A stretch of 64,000 nt of DNA, taken from the IMG/VR virus record IMGVR_UViG_3300017909_001085, positions 1-64,000 of that record. One strand, given 5' to 3'. Numbering within the stretch: position 1 is the stretch's first letter; every line of letters starts with the position of its first letter. The position numbers and the translations under genes are program-made. This DNA comes from a virus. Its lineage: Duplodnaviria > Caudoviricetes. Under the pieces are notes generated by a model, which did not search any database, was not told where the DNA came from, and saw only the letters and a program-made list of their open reading frames with translations. Positions 1 to 9,690 of this stretch are shown here, in pieces.

Positions 1-717
1 GATTAATAGCAATACTGCCAATGGGTCAAACACAAAAATCAACAGTAAGATAACCCATCTCACTGCTTCATCAAAGTGGTCTTTTGCTTCATCACCGTAT
101 ATCAGTTCTGCGATATACTTCAGAGGTCCTACCTCTGCTTCAAGTGCAATCTGCTCTTTACTTAATACTAATTTCTCACCTTCCAACTCATCGATATTAT
201 TCTGCGCTTCATTGATGACTGCTTCTAACTCTGCTCTTTCTTCTTTCTGTGATTGACGAACAGCAATAGCACCCTCTGGTCCACGAATACGGTCATAGTC
301 CATGAGAATTTGCACTGCTTCATCTAACTGTGCAATAACTTTCGTGGCATCTGCTATGGTAGTTACTTCTCTTGTAATTTTCTGCTGGATTCTTTCGATT
401 ACAACAGTATTGTCACCTGTCGCAATAGTCTGGTCTAAGTGTGCTTTTGACAGAAATCCAAAGATACCCATCGATGTGATGAATACTAGTACGATAACTG
501 CGAAAGATAGGTACGATTTGAGTAGTATTGGTGTTCTTTTCCAGTTCTGATATAACCATGATGCTGTGACTAGTTTACCTACTTCTAGTACACCACCCAT
601 GAGTAGAACTGGTATCTTTGCCGCACTAAAGATAGCGGCAAGACCTAGTAATGAATATAGTGCGGCGATTGATGATATAGACAATGCCGACAGTAAAGTA
701 ATTATTGCTAGTGTCAT
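1..717 (-). CDS. Membrane protein with coiled-coil region (runs off left edge)
   Basis: Manually translated from ATG at 717 (ATGA overlap with ruvC stop): MTLAIITLLSALSISSIAALYSLLGLAAIF...EVGKLVTASWLYQNW...GIFGFLSKAH...EVGPLKYIAELIYG...FVFDPLAVLLLI; several TM segments plus coiled coil; open to position 1; absent from ORF track because truncated. Confidence 0.8.
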   Translation of the reverse strand, partial: MTLAIITLLSALSISSIAALYSLLGLAAIFSAAKIPVLLMGGVLEVGKLVTASWLYQNWKRTPILLKSYLSFAVIVLVFITSMGIFGFLSKAHLDQTIATGDNTVVIERIQQKITREVTTIADATKVIAQLDEAVQILMDYDRIRGPEGAIAVRQSQKEERAELEAVINEAQNNIDELEGEKLVLSKEQIALEAEVGPLKYIAELIYGDEAKDHFDEAVRWVILLLIFVFDPLAVLLLI

Positions 718-1277
718 ATGCGTTCTATTCCTGCTTTACAGATATAATAAGCATCGATAATGTCTGTCACTGGCGAATCCAGCGTATCTTGTCCCATTAT
801 ATCTTTTAGTTCTAACACATATTTATGCTGTTCAAGAAATGCTTCATACATCGCTTCTTTATTTGCGTTGCCTTTACCTGTAGCATACTTCTTAACTTCA
901 GACGGTGTGATTGTGCTATAACTCATCTGATTGCGATATAAACGCATCTTCAAAGCACCACCATTCTCACCTATATGAAATACACGACCTTTTGCACCCA
1001 TAGCATAATCTTCTATGAAAACATGGTCTATTGCTTGTAGACCAAACTGAGCATCTTGCTTGCTCATGCAACTCATCGCCCAACTAGAAATGTTGTGATA
1101 TCGTTCTTCTGCGCTATCCCATGGTTTATGAGGGTCACCATAGATGTTGTTCCATGTACCCTCATATTTCTTTTTGCTTGTTAAGAAATAAAACTTACAG
1201 GTAAAGAATGAACACTTATCATCTGACGATATGCATATCGCCGGACTACTTAGTGAATAATCTATACCTACATACAT
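714..1277 (-). CDS. ruvC: RuvC-like Holliday junction resolvase (RNase H fold)
   Basis: N-terminal YVGIDYSLSSP, central FIEDYA, PSEVKKYATGKGNANK, C-terminal DIIDA acidic pair; likely ATG at 1277 (TAATG overlap). Confidence 0.75.
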   Translation of the reverse strand: MYVGIDYSLSSPAICISSDDKCSFFTCKFYFLTSKKKYEGTWNNIYGDPHKPWDSAEERYHNISSWAMSCMSKQDAQFGLQAIDHVFIEDYAMGAKGRVFHIGENGGALKMRLYRNQMSYSTITPSEVKKYATGKGNANKEAMYEAFLEQHKYVLELKDIMGQDTLDSPVTDIIDAYYICKAGIERI

Positions 1278-1435
1278 TACCAATACCCTAAATTATGTCC
1301 ATTGTGAACAATGATAAACATACATGCAACAATATGTATGACTACCCAACCTGTTCTTAATACTGCTACGATATCAGACTTACGCTTGTCATCGTATGCT
1401 TTGGTCCCAATTGTCTTGCACCAAATATCCCACAT
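1277..1435 (-). CDS. Small membrane protein (52 aa)
   Basis: Manual translation MWDIWCKTIGTKAYDDKRKSDIVAVLRTGWVVIHIVACMFIIVHNGHNLGYW; fills the gap exactly with stop/start coupling. Confidence 0.65.
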   Translation of the reverse strand: MWDIWCKTIGTKAYDDKRKSDIVAVLRTGWVVIHIVACMFIIVHNGHNLGYW

Positions 1436-1436
1436 A

Positions 1437-1847
1437 CTACTTCTGGAATCTTAGTGTATACTGTTTACCGTTGTGTTCAAATGTCACAATAGAATGACTG
1501 TAGACTGTCTGTCTCTCTTCATCATATCTTGTTTCTACTGAACACACTCTTCTTGTACCGCCTACTGCTTTGCTATTGTTGTGACCTAGAATACCACCAA
1601 TAACTGCACCAACTGCGGCACCGTTGTCTACGTTCTTCGTTACGTTGTTACCAATCAAACCACCGATGATTGCACCTTTCAGTGTATCACCTGTCTTATC
1701 GCCTGATACTGTTCTATCTGTGCAAACTTCGACTTGATATGGTTTCTTCATAATCACTTCTTTGCTTACATCACTGACAATCACGCCAGCATTTGCATAG
1801 TTACACGCACCAAGTACGAATAACACACTAATCAAAATATACTTCAT
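1437..1847 (-). CDS. Glycine-zipper 2TM domain secreted/outer-membrane protein (YcfJ-like)
   Basis: Signal peptide, GAIIGGLIG...GAAVGAVIGGILG glycine zipper flanked by Cys residues. Confidence 0.75.
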   Translation of the reverse strand: MKYILISVLFVLGACNYANAGVIVSDVSKEVIMKKPYQVEVCTDRTVSGDKTGDTLKGAIIGGLIGNNVTKNVDNGAAVGAVIGGILGHNNSKAVGGTRRVCSVETRYDEERQTVYSHSIVTFEHNGKQYTLRFQK

Positions 1848-2245
1848 TATAAGTCTCCTTGTTTCCTGTTTTCGCTAAAATATGTATCAAACTTGCCGCC
1901 AGGATATCGACTTTCTAGTTTGAATACGTTCTCTTTAATTACCTCGTTAGGGTCAATATCCAACGCTCTGCAAGAATTAACCCAATACCAAATAATATCC
2001 CCAAGTTCTCGCTTGAGATGATATTTTGTCTCATCATCAAGTGGTTTACCTTGAAATAATACTTTCTTAACGATTTCTGCAAATTCGCCTCCTTCACTGT
2101 TTATTCCCATTGCACCTGTTAAGAGCAATGGTATGTTCATTTCATCAATGTCTAATAGAGACATTCTTCTAGTCAAACTAGACAAGTTTTGACTTTCATT
2201 AGATGTTACTGTACTAACAAATTCACTGTAATCTTTTAAGTCCAT
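1847..2245 (-). CDS. mazG: MazG-like nucleotide pyrophosphohydrolase
   Basis: SEGGEFAEIVKK...KRELGDIIWY...NVFKLESRY motif set. Confidence 0.85.
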   Translation of the reverse strand: MDLKDYSEFVSTVTSNESQNLSSLTRRMSLLDIDEMNIPLLLTGAMGINSEGGEFAEIVKKVLFQGKPLDDETKYHLKRELGDIIWYWVNSCRALDIDPNEVIKENVFKLESRYPGGKFDTYFSENRKQGDL

Positions 2246-2394
2246 TATTCTTCGTCCTCTTCAAAATCTAATTCACCTTCTACTTCGCCCCCACAAAAAG
2301 GACATGTCTGCACTTCATAATAATCTTCATCCATATTATGTGATATCTTAAACTCAGCATCACAATGGGTACAGAAAAAAGTTTTTCCTCTCAT
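2245..2394 (-). CDS. Small zinc-ribbon protein (49 aa)
   Basis: Manual translation MRGKTFFCTHCDAEFKISHNMDEDYYEVQTCPFCGGEVEGELDFEEDEE; CxxC...CxxC; AGGAG SD upstream; TAATG coupling to mazG. Confidence 0.7.
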   Translation of the reverse strand: MRGKTFFCTHCDAEFKISHNMDEDYYEVQTCPFCGGEVEGELDFEEDEE

Positions 2395-2402
2395 AGAAAC
2401 TC

Positions 2403-3503
2403 CTACAGTTTGAAGTCTTTGAATGTATCGTCTGACACATCTTGCTTAATACCTCCAATAACATAGGACTCGATTTCAGTTTCTTGAGGTGCGTTCTGTA
2501 GTCCAGAACTATTTAACCAGTGCAATGTCCACGGTAGTGGGTTGTCACCTGGTTTGATGCTGAAGATAGGGTCAAGACCAATCGCTTTCATACGCTTGTT
2601 TGCTACCCACTCAACATAGTCTGACAGCAACTTTTCATTTAGTCCAATCATTGAACCATCTTTGAATAGATACTGCGCCCAACGCTTTTCTTCGTCTACT
2701 GCATCACGATATGCTTCATACATCCACTCTTCTTCTTCTTTGATAACGTCAAGCATTTCTTCATCATTCTCGCCTTTCTTGAAGTTCTTAATGATATGCT
2801 GTGTGATAGCAAGATGTTGACTTTCATCTCTCGCAATGAAAGATATAATCTTTGCTGAACCTTCCATCAGTTTCAACTCACCGAATGCAAACGTACATGC
2901 GAATGACACATAGAAACGAATACCCTCTAGAATATTCACTGTCACTAACGCTCGCCACAATTTACGCTTGAGTTCTTTTGATGACCCTTTACCAGTCACT
3001 TCATACTTTCTTGCATAGTTCATGAAATCATCGTAACACTTTGTAATGCTATCTGCACGTTCCATGATACGCTTGTCATCGATAACTGTATCAAAAATTT
3101 CTGCTGGATCAGAGTACAAGTTCTTAATCATATATGTGTAACTGCGACTGTGAATTGTCTCCATGAAGTCCCATGTGATGATACAACCTTCTAGTTCTGG
3201 TATCGAACAGTGAGGTAAAAATGCTAGTGCAGGACCTCTACCTTGAACACTATCAAGCAAAATCTGATACTTCAGATTAGATGTGAAGATATGCTTTTGC
3301 TCAGGTCGCAACTCATTATAGTCGTTTCTGTCTTTCTGCAAAGATATCTCTTCTGGTCTCCAAAAGAAACCTAGTTGCTTCTGTGTAAGTTTATCAAAGA
3401 TAGGATACTTGAATTCATCGTATCTCTGCATACCTTGGTCCTCACCAAAGAACATCGATTGCTTAGTGAAGTCTACTTTATTCTGATTAAATACGCTTGC
3501 CAT
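2403..3503 (-). CDS. nrdB: Ribonucleotide reductase class Ia beta subunit
   Basis: FFWRPEE, ETIHSRSY, LEGIRFYVSF, RDESQH diiron motifs; APQETE C-terminus. Confidence 0.97.
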   Translation of the reverse strand: MASVFNQNKVDFTKQSMFFGEDQGMQRYDEFKYPIFDKLTQKQLGFFWRPEEISLQKDRNDYNELRPEQKHIFTSNLKYQILLDSVQGRGPALAFLPHCSIPELEGCIITWDFMETIHSRSYTYMIKNLYSDPAEIFDTVIDDKRIMERADSITKCYDDFMNYARKYEVTGKGSSKELKRKLWRALVTVNILEGIRFYVSFACTFAFGELKLMEGSAKIISFIARDESQHLAITQHIIKNFKKGENDEEMLDVIKEEEEWMYEAYRDAVDEEKRWAQYLFKDGSMIGLNEKLLSDYVEWVANKRMKAIGLDPIFSIKPGDNPLPWTLHWLNSSGLQNAPQETEIESYVIGGIKQDVSDDTFKDFKL

Positions 3504-3512
3504 TTCTTTCTC

Positions 3513-5831
3513 CTATATTGCACACGCATCACACATTTCATCATCTTCAGATGACTGCAGTGTAGCAGGTTGCGTTTCTGGTTGATTGTCATGCCACCCG
3601 ATTGAGTGTGCTGGTTCATCATCATCTTTCTTACCATCGTATGTGTTTTGATAGTAAGATGTCTTCCACCCATACTTATATGTTGTCAACAAATCTTGTG
3701 CCATAACAGACACAGGTACTTCATTGTTGTCATAGTTCTCTGGATTATACGACCAGTTACCACTGATTGCTTGGTCGAAATATTTTTGCATCATTGCTAC
3801 AACTTTGATATACCCCTCATTGCTATTCATATCCCATAGCAATGTGTAAGCATTCTTTAGTGTAGAATATTGCGGAACAATTTGTTTAAGAGTCCCCTTC
3901 TTTGACTTTTTAACGGACAAGTAGTCTCGTGGAGGTTCGATTCCGTTTGTTTCTCCTGACACAACGGAACTGCTCTCTGATGGCATCTGTGCGGACAATG
4001 TAGAGTTCCGTAGACCGTATGCTTTGATGTCTGCCCTAAGAGATACCCAATCACGACTTAGTTTCCTGTTGCATATTTCATCTACTTCTTTCTTGTAAGT
4101 GTCGATAGGCAGAATATCGTCTGCGTATTTTGTTCTATTGTAATAGTCACACTTACCTTTTTCTTGTGCAAGTTTGTTAGATGCCTTCAGCAAGAAATAC
4201 TGAAAACTCTCAGATAGTTCATCTACAAGTTCCCATGCTTTCGGGTCATCATATTTGACTTTGTGTCTTGCAAGATAATGTGCTAGACCTATATATCCAA
4301 CTCCCAAACTGCGTCTTGCTTTTGTTGACAATTCAGCGGCGAGTACAGGATACTTCTGATAGTCTATAATCTCATCAAGTGAACGAACTGCTAAATCGCA
4401 CAACTCTTCTAAATCATCAGTGTCACGCAACTGACCAACATTGATTGCAGATAGAATACACAATGCAATCTCACCTGCTTCATCATCGATATGCTGAATA
4501 GGTTTAGTAGGCAGTGTAATCTCTTGACATAGATTAGACATATAAACTCTGTCTTTGAATGAACTGTGACTGTTACAATGGTCAATGTTCATCAGATAGA
4601 TACGACCTGTCTCTGCCCGTTCTTTGAGCATGTCGATGATAAGTTCTCTAGCACTTACTTTCTTCTTCGGTATGCTAGTTGCTCTTTCATACTTTTCGTA
4701 CATCTCATCAAACTCTTCTGTACCAAATGCGTCATATAGACCTGGTACATCATGAGGTGAGAACAGAGTGATATCTTCGTTCTTTAGAAAACGCTCATAA
4801 AACAACTTCGACAACTGAATAGAGTAGTCAAGTTTACGAACACGATTATCTTCTGAACCTTTGTTGTTCTTCAATACAATGATATCTTCTATCTCTTTGT
4901 GCCAGATTGGAAAGTGAGTTGTAGCAGAACCACCACGCACACCATTCTGTGTGCAACATCTTACTGTGCTTTCAAACTTCTTTAAGAATGGAATGACACC
5001 AGTATGTTGTACCTCTCCACCTCTAATCTTTGAATTAATACCTCTAATGCGTCCTGCATTGATACCAATACCTGCTCGTTGAGATACATAATATCCGATA
5101 GCACTATCAGAATTAAAAATAGAGTTAAGAGTATCATCAACATCAACAAGCACACAACTAGCAAACTGACGGATGGGAGTACGAACCCCTGCCATGACCG
5201 GCGTTGGGATGTTAATCTTGAATGTCGATATTGCATTATAATACCTCTTGATATAGTTCATTCTAGTTACTTTAGGATACTGTGCAAACAAAGTTGCGGC
5301 AATAAGCATGTACATAAACTGCGGTGTTTCATAGATATCACCACTGCTTCGGTCTTGCACAAGATATTTGTCTACGACTTGCTGAAGACCAGCATATGTA
5401 AAGTTTAAGTCACGCTTATGATTGAGCATGTTATTAAGTGCTTGCCATTCTTCTGCATCATAATAAGTTAATAAGTCTTTATCATATACACCACGGTCGA
5501 TATTATGCTTTACATGGTCAAGCAAGTCAGGATAGTCAAAGTGACCGAACACGTTCTTTCGTAGTCCGTACAACAATAGTCGTGCGGCGACATATTCATA
5601 GTTCGGTGCTTCAAGTGAAATCAAGTCAGATGCAGACTTCACTAGAATTTTTTGAATGTCTGAAGTTTCAATGCCATCATAAAACTGAATACCAGAATTC
5701 ATTTCGACCTGTGATGGTGATACACCATGCAGACCATCACATGCTTCTTGTGTGATTTTCTGAACTTTACGAACATCTAAAGTTTCTTTTCTGCCATCAG
5801 TTTTAATGACATGAATATCTTCGTTGACCAT
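3513..5831 (-). CDS. nrdA: Ribonucleotide reductase class Ia alpha subunit
   Basis: N-terminal ATP cone, QFASCVL, SNLCQEI, MPSESSS, KTSYY, C-terminal CDAC. Confidence 0.97.
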   Translation of the reverse strand: MVNEDIHVIKTDGRKETLDVRKVQKITQEACDGLHGVSPSQVEMNSGIQFYDGIETSDIQKILVKSASDLISLEAPNYEYVAARLLLYGLRKNVFGHFDYPDLLDHVKHNIDRGVYDKDLLTYYDAEEWQALNNMLNHKRDLNFTYAGLQQVVDKYLVQDRSSGDIYETPQFMYMLIAATLFAQYPKVTRMNYIKRYYNAISTFKINIPTPVMAGVRTPIRQFASCVLVDVDDTLNSIFNSDSAIGYYVSQRAGIGINAGRIRGINSKIRGGEVQHTGVIPFLKKFESTVRCCTQNGVRGGSATTHFPIWHKEIEDIIVLKNNKGSEDNRVRKLDYSIQLSKLFYERFLKNEDITLFSPHDVPGLYDAFGTEEFDEMYEKYERATSIPKKKVSARELIIDMLKERAETGRIYLMNIDHCNSHSSFKDRVYMSNLCQEITLPTKPIQHIDDEAGEIALCILSAINVGQLRDTDDLEELCDLAVRSLDEIIDYQKYPVLAAELSTKARRSLGVGYIGLAHYLARHKVKYDDPKAWELVDELSESFQYFLLKASNKLAQEKGKCDYYNRTKYADDILPIDTYKKEVDEICNRKLSRDWVSLRADIKAYGLRNSTLSAQMPSESSSVVSGETNGIEPPRDYLSVKKSKKGTLKQIVPQYSTLKNAYTLLWDMNSNEGYIKVVAMMQKYFDQAISGNWSYNPENYDNNEVPVSVMAQDLLTTYKYGWKTSYYQNTYDGKKDDDEPAHSIGWHDNQPETQPATLQSSEDDEMCDACAI

Positions 5832-5840
5832 GTTCTCTCC

Positions 5841-6338
5841 TTATCTAATTCTAAATTGTAAATATACTAACGGGTGCTTTGCTTTAATATTTGGTTGTGT
5901 AATCTTTTGCCATGGTGTACCTTTCGATACATATATTCTACCTGGAAACGATGCAACTACATCTTCTGGTTCTGTATCATGATATGTGATATATTCTCCA
6001 CCCCAATTTTTTGACCATGCTTTAGCAAAACAAACACTAATTACATAACCGTCTGCTGGTGCGTGAAAAGGTGTAGGATAATCATCATAAGTGTATGTGT
6101 GTACTGTTGGATATAAAATATCTGCGTTCATGTATTTACGCATCTCTGGATTGTTAGTACAAACTTCTTGTAAAACTTGTTTACATATACCCACAATTTC
6201 TTCATCAGACTTCTCATACAAATCAATCAATTCTGTATCCATCTGACTTACCATATTATCATAGAAAACTAGTTTTGGTTCAGTTCTAGTTTCATCAAAC
6301 ATATGGTCTGCTTTCACTGCATGTTGTAATGTTGACAT
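5841..6338 (-). CDS. 2OG-Fe(II) oxygenase-like protein, metal ligands apparently degenerate
   Basis: W..NWGGE and PGRI signature of phage 2OG oxygenases, but HxD reads HAP and distal His reads Q. Confidence 0.55.
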   Translation of the reverse strand: MSTLQHAVKADHMFDETRTEPKLVFYDNMVSQMDTELIDLYEKSDEEIVGICKQVLQEVCTNNPEMRKYMNADILYPTVHTYTYDDYPTPFHAPADGYVISVCFAKAWSKNWGGEYITYHDTEPEDVVASFPGRIYVSKGTPWQKITQPNIKAKHPLVYLQFRIR

Positions 6339-6341
6339 AAT

Positions 6342-6929
6342 TTATTCTCCGTAACTATTAGCGAGTTCTGCGCCATGCTTTATTGCATACTCTTCATCGC
6401 CATCAACTGTTAATTTATAAGCGAGTGTATATCGATAGTCATGCTGATACAAGCGATTGAAAGAACCTGCCTTGTGTAGCATCCAACCATTGAAAAACAC
6501 CGCTCGACCTGGTTTAGGCGAGACTGCGCCAATCACATCTTCGTTATTATCATAAAATATAGTTTCACCGCCATATGTTACATTATAATCACGATTGCAA
6601 TATACTACGCATGTTGTGTGATTACCATCGTGGTGAGGTAAACTCACATCATCACATTTCCATGCATTCAGATAACCTCTGAATATACTATACTCTTTAT
6701 CAACAAGTGCTTTTGCTTGACTAATTATTCTATCGTCAAGCATGTTTCTCCACTTGTCAGGTAAGTCTGCTATCATACCAGACAAAACTCTTTGCCCTTT
6801 GTAGATATCAGTTTCAAATGCGTTCCAGTCAAAATGATTGAGGTCTTTTCTCAATTCAACTAACTCATTAGGTAGCATGAAATCATCTACAACACTAATT
6901 CTATAATCGTCTACTCGCACTTCTTCCAT
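6342..6929 (-). CDS. 2OG-Fe(II) oxygenase (prolyl-hydroxylase-like)
   Basis: HHDG, YGGETIFY, PKPGRAVFF, distal H (LHKA), RYTL. Confidence 0.85.
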   Translation of the reverse strand: MEEVRVDDYRISVVDDFMLPNELVELRKDLNHFDWNAFETDIYKGQRVLSGMIADLPDKWRNMLDDRIISQAKALVDKEYSIFRGYLNAWKCDDVSLPHHDGNHTTCVVYCNRDYNVTYGGETIFYDNNEDVIGAVSPKPGRAVFFNGWMLHKAGSFNRLYQHDYRYTLAYKLTVDGDEEYAIKHGAELANSYGE

Positions 6930-7912
6930 TCTGTAAACCTCATCTTTGCACTTAGATTTTTATGTGTGCTTTTACTTATAATGTCTAATATCTCTAACTT
7001 GCTTTTTCCTGCGATAATCATATCGTTAATATCTTTTTCACCGACATTATCAGGCCATATCACAACAGTATCGTTATTGTCAATATGCTTTTGCATACGC
7101 TTTACAATCTCAGGATTGCGTGGTTCATTATCATACACAAATACATAGTCACCGTTGCTAGGTAACTTAGTCGCATCTGCACCTGCCATAGCAATACTAT
7201 TATCTATAAACATGGAATCGATAGGACCCTCTACAACGTAAATCTTTTCGGTAAGATTGACTTTATCTAACCCATAAAGTTTAGGTGCAGTCTCATCAAG
7301 CATGATAGTGATGTACTTAGGTTTCTCGTTACCGAATGCTCGACCTTGAAACCCTGTCAGTTTACCAGTCTTGTCATAGAAAGGTATAATAAGTCTAGGG
7401 TGGTCTTGGTCTACATTAGGAAACTTATTAGGTAATAATCTGTTGACGAAAGTGTAAAACTTGTTGACTAGTCTTAGTTCATCCCATCGCTCTTCAGGTA
7501 TCTTTCGCATCTGCATATACTTTCGTACTGGATGCTCAGAAGATAGTCTAGAAACGGTTTTAACGGTGTCTAGGAGGGTTGTTTCTTTAATTACGACTGA
7601 TTGATACTCAGGTTCATCATGTATTGTGTGCTTACTTTCTCCACTACTATATCTTGCGAGTACATATCTCTTATATACTTCTGCATCGACACGTTCTAGT
7701 AATTTACCGAAAGTTGTAGATAGACCACAGTTATGGCAACGGTAAAGCATCATGTCTTTGACACGATACAAGTACCCTCTTGCTTTGGTCTTTTTCTTTT
7801 GACTATCGCCACAAACAGGACAACTGAAGTTATAAAGGTAGTCTTTTTTCTTCTTAAAGTTGCGTAGTTTGTGTGATATGGAATGAATATAATCTAAATC
7901 TGTCAACAACAT
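6911..7912 (-). CDS. gp61: DNA primase (T4 gp61-like)
   Basis: CPVCGDS...CHNCG zinc finger, VVEGPIDSMF and YDNEPRN TOPRIM motifs, KDINDM. Confidence 0.95.
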   Translation of the reverse strand: MLLTDLDYIHSISHKLRNFKKKKDYLYNFSCPVCGDSQKKKTKARGYLYRVKDMMLYRCHNCGLSTTFGKLLERVDAEVYKRYVLARYSSGESKHTIHDEPEYQSVVIKETTLLDTVKTVSRLSSEHPVRKYMQMRKIPEERWDELRLVNKFYTFVNRLLPNKFPNVDQDHPRLIIPFYDKTGKLTGFQGRAFGNEKPKYITIMLDETAPKLYGLDKVNLTEKIYVVEGPIDSMFIDNSIAMAGADATKLPSNGDYVFVYDNEPRNPEIVKRMQKHIDNNDTVVIWPDNVGEKDINDMIIAGKSKLEILDIISKSTHKNLSAKMRFTEWKKCE

Positions 7913-7919
7913 GTTTCAT

Positions 7920-7948
7920 AATATACATTAGTGAGTTTATAATGTCAA
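7920..7948 (-). promoter_or_regulatory. Sigma70-type early promoter for primase
   Basis: TTGACA-N17-TATATT on minus strand. Confidence 0.7.
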
Positions 7949-7949
7949 G

Positions 7950-8369
7950 TTAAAAAAGGTCTGTCCACGGTATATTTGCCAGCACATAACCAACAACTGC
8001 CGCACCACCAATCATCAACCAACGCCATTGTTCTAATGCAGTTAGTCTTTCTGTCACCAGTTGATGATGAAGTTGCTGGTCCTCTCTTAACTTGCGAATT
8101 TCATCCATAATCACTCTATGTGATTTTTCGATTTCCACAGTTACCTCGTCCCGGTGCTTTTCTATTCTTTCATGAATTATTTCCACATTATGTCCTATGC
8201 TTTGTTCTGTTTGTTCAATTCTTGTCTCTTGCACCGCTATCATAGTATTAATTGACGTTGCTACTTCAGATAACTTTTCAATCGCCGTGTCGAGTTTACC
8301 AATGACCTTGTTAAGTTGGTCAATGTCTTTCTTTACTATTGCGAGTTCTGTTTGAATATTATCTGTCAT
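7950..8369 (-). CDS. Coiled-coil protein with C-terminal TM helix (possible holin/lysis accessory)
   Basis: Heptad-rich body, WRWLMIGGAAVVGYVL tail; last gene of block containing spanins. Confidence 0.55.
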   Translation of the reverse strand: MTDNIQTELAIVKKDIDQLNKVIGKLDTAIEKLSEVATSINTMIAVQETRIEQTEQSIGHNVEIIHERIEKHRDEVTVEIEKSHRVIMDEIRKLREDQQLHHQLVTERLTALEQWRWLMIGGAAVVGYVLANIPWTDLF

Positions 8370-8383
8370 AATCGCCCTTATTA

Positions 8384-8977
8384 TTATTTATTCAGTTCGG
8401 GCGTTTCATTTCTTTTTCTGTGTCCATTCCATGCGACAAAACCACCAAGTCTTAATGCCCAATATGCTAAGTAGTTTAGAAAATGAAAACCATTCTGTTC
8501 GATGTTGATATCTCTAAATATCTCATCTGCACGTTTTTGAGTAATCTTACCCATTGTTTCTTTCTGACCAGATTTAAGTAGAGTTTCATACTTGTAAGCA
8601 TAGTCATGCACAAGTCCACCCATGAGAAGAACACCTGTAGGTGATAACCATGTGTGTAAGAACTTAGGAATAGATGCACCATCAAATCTGAAACCTTGCG
8701 GTATGATATACTTCTGACCTTCGATAGTAAATGACCAATCATCAGCAACTTCCCAATGGCGAGTACCTGTTATCCACATCCAGATTGCACCCCAAAAACC
8801 TTTACCTGCTGTCGGTATTGGAATTGGTCTTAGTTGAGGCATGACGTTATATTCAAAACCAATTCTTTCTTTTTCGTTATCAACACCAAACAGGTTGATA
8901 ATAAAACCTATTATAATTAGTATACCAACTACAGTGAACTGCCACCAAGTGACTGCTAAATCAATTATCATCTCCAT
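8384..8977 (-). CDS. DUF1353-like membrane-associated protein
   Basis: IPQGFRFDGASIP, LVHDYAY, ADEIF, LRLGG motifs; N-terminal TM. Confidence 0.75.
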   Translation of the reverse strand: MEMIIDLAVTWWQFTVVGILIIIGFIINLFGVDNEKERIGFEYNVMPQLRPIPIPTAGKGFWGAIWMWITGTRHWEVADDWSFTIEGQKYIIPQGFRFDGASIPKFLHTWLSPTGVLLMGGLVHDYAYKYETLLKSGQKETMGKITQKRADEIFRDINIEQNGFHFLNYLAYWALRLGGFVAWNGHRKRNETPELNK

Positions 8978-9335
8978 CTTTCTTATCTCCCTCGTAGTAA
9001 TCTCGGTACTGTATTATTATTTCTTTTTGCGTACCCATATATGTTTTTATGTCTGCAATATTCATGCTAAGTGCCTCGTATCCGTCGGCAGTTAATGCGA
9101 ACAGTGCGACTGGTTGTCCTTTTGCTTCAAGTTCTTCGAAAATCTTATCAGCATTTTCTTGTGTGACAACAATAAACTTTTGCTCTCGCAATTTCAAAGG
9201 TTCAGGATTAGGTAAGTTCAAAGCAGGTTTACTGACTTCGACTTTGACTGTCTCTATCTGCTTCACAGGTGTACTGAATAACGCACAACCTGATAGCAAG
9301 ACTGCGCTACTCAGCAGTAAGATTTTCAATATCAT
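8961..9335 (-). CDS. Outer-membrane lipoprotein, o-spanin candidate
   Basis: Lipobox LLSGC, Pro-rich segment, overlaps the end of the i-spanin candidate. Confidence 0.65.
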   Translation of the reverse strand: MILKILLLSSAVLLSGCALFSTPVKQIETVKVEVSKPALNLPNPEPLKLREQKFIVVTQENADKIFEELEAKGQPVALFALTADGYEALSMNIADIKTYMGTQKEIIIQYRDYYEGDKKDGDDN

Positions 9336-9690
9336 TTAACACATCCTTTGTACCTTTATTTACGATACGTTCTATTAATCCTGGTTTTTGAACTGCAAGA
9401 TAGTTGATGTCATGGTCTGAAAGTTTTTTCTGTAATTCTGCTTTCGCACCATTCAACTCTTTTACTTTTGAAGATAGTTCATTGTTTGCAACCATAATCT
9501 TTTCATAAGATTCCTTTTGCATCGCAATAACTTCTTTTTGTTCAGTGATACTTTCTTCAAGTTTCACTTGATTGACTTTAAGCAAATCGTTTTCATGTTG
9601 TAGTTTCTTGACATAATAAAGTCCTCCACCAGCAACGGCGAGGACCATGACTATCATGACTACTTTTGCGCCACTAAATATTCCTATCAT
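9307..9690 (-). CDS. Inner-membrane coiled-coil protein, i-spanin candidate
   Basis: Single N-terminal TM followed by long coiled coil, immediately upstream of lipoprotein. Confidence 0.65.
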   Translation of the reverse strand: MIGIFSGAKVVMIVMVLAVAGGGLYYVKKLQHENDLLKVNQVKLEESITEQKEVIAMQKESYEKIMVANNELSSKVKELNGAKAELQKKLSDHDINYLAVQKPGLIERIVNKGTKDVLNDIENLTAE

